A stretch of DNA of 32,715 nucleotides from Priapulus caudatus (lineage: Eukaryota): assembly GCF_000485595.1 (NCBI RefSeq), contig NW_014577081.1:865674-898388 (forward strand), written 5' to 3'. The position numbers and the translations under genes are program-made. The notes below the pieces were generated by a model. The model made no database searches. It had not been told where the DNA came from and was given only the letters and a program-made list of their open reading frames with translations. Position 1 is the stretch's first letter, and each line of letters begins with the position of its first letter. Below are positions 23,631 through 32,715 of the stretch, piece by piece.

Positions 23631-24211
23631 GGGGTCGTCATGCGCGCCGTTCAGATTTCGTAAGACGTTGATCGCTCTAATTAATTATAAAATTAAATTG
23701 GTATCTGGTAAAGCAAATAAACGTTCTGGGTCTACGACGAACTTTGTTATACAGTAAGTAAGTTGATATGCAGTAATCTAAGAGGCTACCTGCCCTATTA
23801 ACCGATACGAATTATCGTGTAAAATCACGGGTCCACCGTGTGACCCAGCCAGCTGACCGTGACGCACAGGGACGGAGTGGTCACCAAACCCAACGATAAG
23901 ATCGCACGCGTTCACTTTCTCATGCACTCATCAACGTACACGTATAGCTGCTATCTCACCGCGCATAAGTTATCACGATATCCCAGCAGATGCTAGAGCT
24001 ATCGGGATGCAGCTAATGTAGCATAGAACAGAAATTCAAAGTCCACTGACGCGTCGTGTAACCAGGCGACACACGCGGCAGACGTACACTGGCTGGGTCA
24101 TATAGCGCTGTCACAAACCTATGTCCGTGCGTGTGACACACTGTCAAACTGTAGTGAGACGAGAGCACCCTATACATTATACATATACATATACATTATT
24201 ACATATACAAC

Positions 24212-24305
24212 ATGCGCGCGGCGACGTGTACAGTCATTCTTGCTGTCACCATCATCTGCTGTGTAATTACTACTGCACGCGGACAACACCAGGCAGCGCC
24301 ACTGA
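24212..24305 (+). CDS. PHB-depolymerase-like exon 1 (signal peptide), lying in an inverted assembly block
   Basis: caacATG start; MRAATCTVILAVTIICCVITTARGQHQAAPL, then A|GTAAGT. Hydrophobic signal peptide. Phase 1 joins exon 2 as ...AAPL-N-GYGAVDVSVSG. A noisy + strand copy of exon 2 follows at about 24815-24930. Confidence 0.75.
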
Positions 24306-24570
24306 GTAAGTGTCATAATTGTTATATTTGATTAATAAATAGCTCATAATATACATATACGTATATATGTGTGTATGTGTGCGCGCGTGTGTGCGTGCGT
24401 GCGCGCGCGTGTGTAGGTATATAGATAAATGACAGTTACAGTGAATCTGGCAGAAACTGACGAGTCAACGACGACGATTGTTATGATGGCGATTAATGTT
24501 GATCGATAATAATCAAGTAGGCGCGATATTAATACTCTCTCTCTCTCTCTCTCTTCTCTCCTCTCTTCGC

Positions 24571-24601
<31 letters not shown>

Positions 24602-25876
24602 TCTCTCATTCTCATCATCCTCTCCTCTCTCGTCTCTCTCTTCTTCTCGCTCTCTATACTGTCCTCTCTCTCATCTCACGTCACTCTCTCCGTCTTTCTC
24701 TCTCGCGCGCTCATCTCTTCTCTTAACCCTCCGTCGTCGTCGATCGTGCGTGCGTAGCGTGAGTGCGGCGTGCGTGCGTGCGTGCGTGCGTGCGTGGTTG
24801 CGTGCTGTCGGTAGATGCGTACGAGCGATAGATCAGTGTCATGTCCGGCACTCGCGCCGGCGCACTAGGCGCACGCAAGATGCTCTCTCATCACTCAGCT
24901 CGTTCCCCACCCCAGGACAGCCTTGTCATCGCCGCAGGTCACACACCCCGTACGAATTCACTCAATCCAGATCAGAGATCAAGATACATAATGATAATCG
25001 CCTGATACGATACTAACTGACTATACCCGCCACGCCTCACGAAACTTCGATCGCATGCCGCTGCCGCTGCTGTCCAATGCTAATCCGCGGCGTCGCTCCG
25101 CTTGCTACTACAGCTGCGCAAACCAGAGGAATTACTCACACTTCTTTCGTTGCAATTTTCTGCCCATTTTCGACCCCTACCCATTAAATACACCTGGACA
25201 GAATGTAGTATAATATCATTCATATAATAGTAAGTATGTGTCTGCAGGAGCCTAAAACATTGATGAGTTAGCTTTTACTCTATAGTAGACTGCGCGCTAA
25301 TATTTGGCATGGTATAAATAATTTTGTATTGTGGACCAGCATGAGGAATTCCAGAGACAACGGTGAACCCTATCTCTATCGCTTTCATTCACCAGGTCCT
25401 ACTTCTGCGGCCGGCGGCAGCCTCGAGATCTCGCGCGATGCTTGGTGCAAACGGGCGAAATCGACGGTCACTATAGGAAGTTTACAACTCCGATCTTTGC
25501 CGAACATTCACGGTTTTGTCGAGTTTCATACAATATAGTAAATAATTGAATTTGTGTATTTTTTAAAATGGTTTATGTTAGTTAATTCGTACTGTAGATT
25601 ATTTTAGTTGTAGCGCATAGACTTTCGTAACCTAGTAGTAATTCTTCAGAGCCGGTTTTGTGCTTTANNNNNNNNNNTAAAGCACAAAACCGGCTCTGAA
25701 GAATTACTACTAGGTTACGAAAGTCTATGCGCTACAACTAAAATAATCTACAGTACGAATTAACTAACATAAACCATTTTAAAAAATACACAAATTCAAT
25801 TATTTACTATATTGTATGAAACTCGACAAAACCGTGAATGTTCGGCAAAGATCGGAGTGTAAACGTCCATAGTTAC

Positions 25877-25951
25877 CGTCGATTTTCGACGCGTTTGCCA
25901 CGCAAGCATCTCGCGAGATCTCGAGGCTGCCGCCGGCGCAGAAGTAGGGAC
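25877..25951 (-). CDS. PHB-depolymerase-like exon 3
   Basis: (G)PYFCAGGSLEISRDACVANASKID(A); tttcccag acceptor, gtaact donor; noisy inverted copy at about 25396-25466 (+). Confidence 0.85.
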
Positions 25952-26361
25952 CTGGGAAATGAAGCGCGATAGATTAGGGTTTCACTCGTTGTCTCTGGAA
26001 TTCTCTCCAATTGCTGGGTCACAATACAAAATTATATACCATGCAAATATACGCGCAGTCTACTATAGAGTAAGCTAACTCACAATGTAGCTCCGCGACA
26101 CATACTTACTATGTAATAATGTGATATGATATTATATCCACATTCATGTCACAGGTGTATTAAGTGGTATGTGCGAAAATGGCAAAAATGCGAACCGATA
26201 AAATGTGATAATTCTCTGTTTGGCGCAGCTGTTATACAACGAGCACCGCGCATACATTACAGCACGGCACGCATGCGACATTTCTACGTGCGTATACCAT
26301 AGTACTACACGATGATCATGTATATCTATCGTGCTATCTATATGAATCTACGTGTGTGTAC

Positions 26362-26478
26362 CTGCGGCGATGACAGCTGCTCCTGTGACGTAGCTAGAGT
26401 GTGAGATGAGCATCTGCTGCGCCATGTGACCGCCGGCGGCGATGCCGGACACGGACACATCTACGGCTCCGTAGCCAT
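26362..26478 (-). CDS. PHB-depolymerase-like exon 2 (lipase box, Ser->Ala)
   Basis: GYGAVDVSVSGIAAGGHMAQQMLISHSSYVTGAAVIAA(G); aligns by eye to the family motif VSVSGLSSGGxMA. Confidence 0.88.
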
Positions 26479-26487
26479 CTACCGACA

Positions 26488-26538
<51 letters not shown>

Positions 26539-26598
26539 CGACGACGACGACGGAGGGAGAGAGAGAGAGAGAGCGCGCGAGAGAGAAAGAGAGAGAGT

Positions 26599-26636
<38 letters not shown>

Positions 26637-26639
26637 NTC

Positions 26640-27101
26640 AGTTGCTAGGAGGCCCCTGATTGGCCGCCTGCTACGAGGCCCCTGATTGGTCGGCTGCTAG
26701 GAGGGCCCTGATTGGTCGGCTGCTAGGAGGCTCCTGATTGGTCGGTAGCTACGAGGCTCCTGATTGGTTGGTAGCGAGGAGGCCCCTGATTGGTCGGCTG
26801 CTACGAGACTCCTGATTGGTCGGTTGCTAAGAGGCCCCTGATTGGTTGGTTGATAGGAGGCTCCTGATTGGCCGGCTGCTAGGCAGCCCCTGATTGGCCA
26901 GCTGCTACGAGGCCCCTGATTGGTCGGCTGCCTGGAGGCCCCTGATTAGCCGGCTGCTACGAGGCTCCTGGTTGGTCGGCTGCTAGGAGGCCCCTGATTG
27001 GTCGGCTGCTACAAGGCTCGTGATTGGTCGGCTGCTACGAGGCCCCTGATTGGTCGGTTGGTAGGAGGCCCCTGATTGGTCGGCTGCTAAGAGGCCCCTG
27101 A
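26640..27101 (+). repeat. 26-bp minisatellite, ~18 units
   Basis: Unit GGCCCCTGATTGGTCGGCTGCTACGA; period 26 (e.g. 26651 to 26677). Confidence 0.95.
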
Positions 27102-27709
27102 CAGGCTTTTCTGGCTTCTCATAATTCTGGCTGGGTAGCGCCGTAGTGCGCCTATTTTTATAGGCGTCTTTGATAACATCAGGAGTGAATAATAGAAATA
27201 ATATATAGAGATAAACAACTTTATTATTCACTCCTGATAACATTTACAGCTACAATGCGAGCCAGAAGAGAAATTCCAATCATTCTTTTAACAGGCTAAC
27301 AACCAGCGCTTGCTTATTATATTACATTACGCTACGTACGTTATATTACATTACGCTACGTACGCTACGCTACGTATTACATTACACCAAGATTACACCA
27401 AGAGCGTATTAAGAAGAAATCTTAAGAAGAACCCTCTTAATACGCTCTTGATTACACGTGTAAAGCGAGATAATGCCACAGGAATAGTGCACAGGTCAGC
27501 ACCATGCAGGCACCTGTTTGGTGTGTAAATTCTGCTAATTGGGTTTATCCAAGCTGTTTATCCAAGTAGTTTATCGCCTAACTTACTATCAAGAGCAAAT
27601 ACCTACCTTGGTATTTATTAGCTCTTGTTACTATATATATATCGAGCAAGGACCACGCATAACGGTTTTCCGCCAAATCTGCGGCTACGAGATAGTTTAT
27701 AGAACGTAC

Positions 27710-27891
27710 CGACTGCGGACTGGTTCCCCGCTAGGTAGCACTGCCGTGAAAGTTCCACCGCCTTCCCCGTATTTCATCACGATCTTAAACATCTCAATCT
27801 CGAACGCAACATTAAAATATTCTTTGCACCATTTAATCACATGCGGCAGATCTGACTCGATAGCCTCCCTGATTGTACACCCGTTCGCCAT
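27710..27891 (-). CDS. Orphan first exon of a GNAT-like N-acetyltransferase
   Basis: Kozak context gcatcATGG with an upstream in-frame stop; MANGCTIREAIESDLPHVIKWC...TFTAVLPSGEPV resembles a GNAT beta1-alpha1 start (IRxAxxxD); ends at a GTACGT donor. No downstream exons found. Confidence 0.55.
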
Positions 27892-28250
27892 GATGCTTTC
27901 AAATCAAATGCGCATACGGCCTGCTCATGGCCGCCGGCCCCCGTGTGTAACGTCCGCTATACCAAATGAGAAAACCGTGGTGAAAAACTCAATCCCGATA
28001 GACAAGAGTCACGCCGCTAAGTGCATGCTCCGCCTGCATAGGTATGATTGTTCGATTATAGGTACAGGATTTTAGGTGGGCCAAGCTGTCTCGGTTATAG
28101 CTCTAGTAACTATAGCCCGCGTACGGTTTCCTGCGAGTACGCGGGCTATAGTTACTAGAGCTATCTCGGTTAGAGGTGATTCCCTTGTCTCTGTGAGGTG
28201 AACATGAAAAACGCATTCGTTAATATTAGTCGTACCCTCGGTGTATAGAT

Positions 28251-28289
<39 letters not shown>

Positions 28290-28291
<2 letters not shown>

Positions 28292-29240
28292 CTGCTGATT
28301 GCCCGGCTGTTACGAGGCTCCTGATTGGTCGGCTGCTACAGGCCCCTGATTGGTCGGTTGGTAGGAGGCCCCTGATTGGACGGTTGCTAGGAGGCCCTGA
28401 TTGGTCGGCTGCTGTCAGGGGCCTCTTAGCAGCCGACCAATCAGGGGCCTCCTACAACCGACCAATCAGGGGCCTCCGTAGCAGCCGACCAATCACGAGC
28501 CTTGTAGCAGCCGACCAATCAGGGGCTCCTAGCAGCCGACCAACCAGGAGCCTCGTAGCAGCCGGCTAATCAGGGGCCTCCAGCAGCCGCCAATCAGGGC
28601 CTCGTAGCAGCTGGCCATCAGGGGCTGCCTAGCAGCCGGCCAGTCAGGAGCCTCCTATCAACCAACCATCAGGGGCCTCTTAGCAACCGACCAATCAGGA
28701 GTCTCGTAGCAGCCGACCATCAGGGGCCTCCTCCGCTACCACATCAGGAGCCTCGTAGCTACCGACCAATCAGGAGCCTCCTAGCAGGCCGATCAATCAG
28801 GGCCCTCCTAGCAACCGACCAATCAGGGGCTTCATAGCAGCCGCCCTCAGGGCCCTCCTAGCAGCGACAAATCAGGGGCCTCGTCAACAACGGCCAATCA
28901 GCGGCCTTGTAGCAGCCAACCAATCAGTGGCCTGCTGCAACCGACCAATCAGAGGCCTCCTAGCAACTGGCTAATCAGGAGCCTCGTTGCAACCGACCAA
29001 TCAGGGGCCTCCTAGCAGCTAACCAAGCAGGGCCCTCCTAGCAACCAACCAATCAGGGGCTTCGTAGCAGCCGGCCAATCAAGCCTCCTAGCCAGCCGAC
29101 CAATCAGGGCCTCGTAAAACGGCCAATCAGCGGCCTCATAGCAGCCGACCAATCAGTGCCTGCTAGCAACCCCAATCAGGAACCTCATAGCAACCAACCA
29201 ATCAGGAGCCTCGTAGCAGCTGACTAATCAAGGGGCTTCT
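28290..29240. repeat. 26-bp minisatellite: ~5 forward units then ~32 inverted units
   Basis: Same unit; orientation flips at about 28413; 28414-28860 mirrors 26640-27101. Confidence 0.93.
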
Positions 29241-30761
29241 GCTATTACATGGCTGCAATCGACGACATTAACGGCTAAGCACAACCAATCACTCACACAA
29301 CTTGCAATCTGGCAATGCTGTGTTAACTCATGCTCGACCGGCTTATATACCGCATATCCTGCTAACAGACAGTAAGATGGCAAGGAAGCTAACACCAGCC
29401 AATTAACCAGTCTCGTCGCCGTGGTCCAGCCTGCTTGCAATTATTATCAAGGCATTCATAATAGTCAACAGCGCCATGTCTACTACCAATGCTGCCGCAC
29501 GCACACGCTTTACGCAACCTAGACACACAATATATACACTGACGCGCACAGGCACAAGCACTCCTAAATGTCAAATGTCAAAGTCAATGTCAATGTCAAT
29601 GTTATATGTCAAAGTCAAGGCTCCTTCACTCTTACCCCTACCCCTACCCCTACCGCTAACCCTAACCCTGATCCTAACCCTGACCTCAGTTAGCGGTGAC
29701 TGCTACTTCCGCTGACCACCTGACCAACGCCACTTGATATAGAATAATCTTAATAAAATAATAATAATATTGATAAAGTATAATCTTACACGTTAATGTA
29801 ATCAATATACCTCAACAGCGCCTGACAGGCATATATGTTCGATAGCTTACACACACACACAACACACACACACCACCACACACACACTCACACACCCCAC
29901 ACACCACACACACACAAGATACAGACACACATACACACTGCGCGCGCATCGACCCCTCTCCCCCTCCCCCCTAGAGAGGGAGAGAGAGAGCGCGAGCGAG
30001 AGAGAGCGAGAGACGCAGGCACGCGCATACATATGCCAATATAATAGTCAAATATATTATGTCACAGAGTAGAACCGGGTTTTTTCACGAATACGGCTGT
30101 ACACCTGGTAGCACTCCATCGGACTATTCCTATTATACATACTTACACACATCGATATTCTCGGTGATAGTATAGATTTCACACCACGTGGTATTTCACA
30201 GGCTTATAATAATTAAACAACTTACAAAATAACCGAGCCAGTGTACGAACTAACTTCATGAAAAATTACTTACCTTAGTTGAATGTACACATTGACTGAA
30301 AGTCTTCCCTGATTTGAAGTCCATTCTGGCTGAATTTTCACCCTGGCTGTAAGTCAAGCGTCACTGCATTTCTGGCGTTGTTAATTTGTACCTCGATCAA
30401 CTCTAGTTTAACGCCTAGCGTTGATGGTTGCCTCTTATTAAGCGATGAAATTGTAGCAGACGCTCAAATGCTATATATAATAGTACCGGCCCTCAAGACA
30501 ACAGACATGCAAAGAAGCTAACACCAAGCAATTTACGCGTCTCGTCATCACCTCGACTGTTGCAATAACAACAACAGCCTAGACGCGCCAAGATGTCTAT
30601 ATCGTTACGCGCAACCCGCTCCCATACATTACATCAGGAGTAGATAATAGGGAATCTACTATATTCTACTATATAGTATATCTACTATATACCTACTATA
30701 TATCTACTATATACTTCCCTATTATCTACTCCTGATTACATACACGTCAGTCCACACACAC

Positions 30762-30806
<45 letters not shown>

Positions 30807-31025
30807 GCTGGCGCGCGGCGCGGCGCGCACACACACACACACACCACACACACCATATATATATATATAAACTTAGACACGAGGGCACTCACGGAGAGTG
30901 CATACCTTCCGCGAGCATGTATGTATGTGCTCGCTGGTGGCGGTCTGCTGACTGACTCGCCTGCTGCTGACTCGCGCGCTCACTGGTGGCTGCTGCTGAC
31001 TCGACGCGCTATCGATCGCGCGTGG

Positions 31026-31066
<41 letters not shown>

Positions 31067-32083
31067 ACACACCACAACACACACACACCAGAGCGATTAC
31101 ATGACCTCCGTTGCAACTCCGTTGCAAGGAGTATAATTATATATCTAGGGGCCTATCAGGGGCGTAGCCAGGATTTTCAAAGTTGTAGGCACGACTATCT
31201 GAACGGAGCGCCACCATCGTGTTTGCGCGGAGCGTACAAGAAAATTTTGGTTTTACAAACCCCGCAGATTGGCTTGTTGTCCATGTTGTAGATTCATTTC
31301 AAGATGGGCATGTACGTGTGATTTCCTGCCATGTTCACTTGTCACTTTGGGTGAATCTCTCCCCTGTGTCGGGAAACAGATATTTAAGTATGATTAACTA
31401 ATCAGAATTACGGGAAGTTAAGTATGATTATAGTGATTTAATCATACTTAAGTTAAGTACGCTTCGTGAAACCGGCCCCTGGGGTTGTGACAATAACACA
31501 GTATTTTCAATGGCTCCGTGGGCGCAGTCCACTGATCTCTATAATATAATCTATCGATCTATCGATTATATTATAGAGATCATGCAGTGGCGCAGTTATG
31601 TTGGAGTCCTTAGCAACAACATATGTATAAACATAGCGTAGTACGGCTCTTTCAATTGGATTATTCACTTCGCTCTTAGCGCATGCGTTGCAACGCGGGA
31701 CCTAATTGGACAATTCTCCGTCATTTTACTACGCGTTGTCGGTGAATAATAAGCTGAATTTCCTAATTTTCCCGCAAAATTACTAAAAACCTCGGCGGCC
31801 TCAGACGTAGGATAAGATGAAAATCGTTTGTTTCATATTTTCCCTTTATTTACAAAACATTTTCATGTTCTGCCGGGGAGGGGATCACAAGACTAAAAGA
31901 ACGGACAGGACGGCCTATAGTCTATTGGTCTATTGGTCTATTGGTCTATGGTCTATAGTCTAATTGGTGAAATGACAGCGTATACATAGTCACGCTATCC
32001 ACGCACGCATGCACACTTGCACCTCCGCGCACGCGCACGCACATTCACGCATGCCCGAACGCATGTCGGCACGCTTGCAGGCA

Positions 32084-32265
32084 CCAGGCGCGCAAATCCA
32101 TTTTGAAATGTGGGGGGGACACCAGTAGCGAGCACGCGAAGGGGGGGGGTCTGGGGAGCCCTGCCCCGAGAACATTTTTGAAATTAGACCCCCTCAGAAT
32201 GCGTTTTCTGCGCGAGCAGGGGGGGGTCTGGACGGCCCCTGAGACCCCCCTGTACACCGCCCCTG
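32084..32265. mobile_element. Non-autonomous DNA-transposon fragment (CAGGGGCG-type ends)
   Basis: caggcgcg...cgcccctg ends with G/C-run-rich interior; related fragments near 3185-3255, 13823-14260 and 31157-31275. Confidence 0.5.
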
Positions 32266-32280
32266 CACACACACACACAC

Positions 32281-32322
<42 letters not shown>

Positions 32323-32715
32323 CATTTGGTTTGTGATAAGATTACGAAAAAGGTTGCCACATGCAGTCATAAAATCAAGAAAACAATAACAGAAAACCCA
32401 ATCATTTGGTGTTGAGGCTGATCACAAAATAAATTGTCCGTTATTATTGTTGCTCCAGTCCATCATATGCGTGTATACATATGCATCAATTTGCATGAAA
32501 ATTACATTATTAAATCAATGCTCAGTTAACTCCAGTCTCCCTCTTGCGTGAATATAGCTCGTGTTCCAGCTTAATCTTGAATCAGTGTCTAATGTGAGTG
32601 ATATCTCCTAAACTTTCATAAACATACTTTCTCTTGTGATTTCTGCATACAATTATTTAATATAAGAAAAAAAACGTGTTAAAAAAGAAAGGCGGTACTA
32701 AATTTATCAAGACAG
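32265..32715 (+). repeat. Noisy duplicate of ~21972-22455
   Basis: (CA)n then atttg..gtgataagattac...aaaaaaacgtgttaaaaaagaaa shared, with frequent indels. Confidence 0.85.

Larger units (their letters stand above)
15174..26478 (-). other. Gene span: PHB/PHA depolymerase-like protein (fungal-type, circularly permuted alpha/beta hydrolase), intron-containing; assembly scrambled
   Basis: Exons 24212-24305 (+, in an inverted block), 26362-26478, 25877-25951, 21701-21823, 21382-21473, 21098-21208, 20715-20747, 20317-20422, [one missing], 15585-15739, 15174-15331. All recovered junctions are phase-consistent. Hallmarks: VSVSGxxxGGxMA, AGPYFCA, GxxDxxV, AGHGIPT, NCGYN, YVPxxC, IILYPQ, NPxGCWDWWGY. 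Confidence 0.88.
24730..26636. repeat. Large fold-back palindrome centred on N gap 25668-25677
   Basis: Near-perfect inverted symmetry next to the gap, decaying outward; duplicates depolymerase exons 2-3. Confidence 0.88.

Noticed and set aside
26362..27891. GNAT-depolymerase fusion gene (GNAT exon directly upstream of depolymerase exon 2 on the same strand)
   Set aside because: The best GNAT donor is in the wrong phase, and a proper signal-peptide exon 1 with matching phase exists at 24212-24305.
26640..29240. CRISPR-like array
   Set aside because: Units are head-to-tail with no unique spacers, no cas genes are present, and the context is eukaryotic; it is a minisatellite.
30274..30346. 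Exon-like segment on - strand (ttacag…AAG|gtaagt; could encode MDFKSGKTFSQCVHSTK)
   Set aside because: Good splice sites but no recognisable protein; it may be a 5' UTR exon of the GNAT gene and cannot be assigned.

Overview
Intron-rich animal genomic DNA, probably a marine invertebrate or lophotrochozoan (inferred from TTAGGG tracts and repeat style; the species cannot be determined). It holds: (1) the last coding exon of an SLC41/MgtE Mg2+ transporter (+); (2) a convergent Slob/PXK-like pseudokinase gene with a C-terminal WH2 motif (-), whose N-terminus appears to need 8-, 19- and 13-nt microexons; (3) a spliced animal homologue of fungal-type extracellular poly(3-hydroxybutyrate) depolymerase, with 10 of a probable 11 exons recovered by hand; (4) an orphan GNAT-like first exon. 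The depolymerase homologue is the most unusual item. It has a signal peptide and keeps the catalytic Asp and His, but has Ala in place of the nucleophilic Ser (G-I-A-A-G) and ends in an ER-retrieval-like PDEL. This suggests an ER-resident, polyester-binding pseudoenzyme. The rest is MITEs (including a five-layer concentric nest with a solo LTR at its centre), microsatellites and a 26-bp CCAAT-box satellite. From about 15.8 kb onward the assembly is visibly scrambled (noisy duplicated and inverted copies around N gaps), so gene order there is unreliable.
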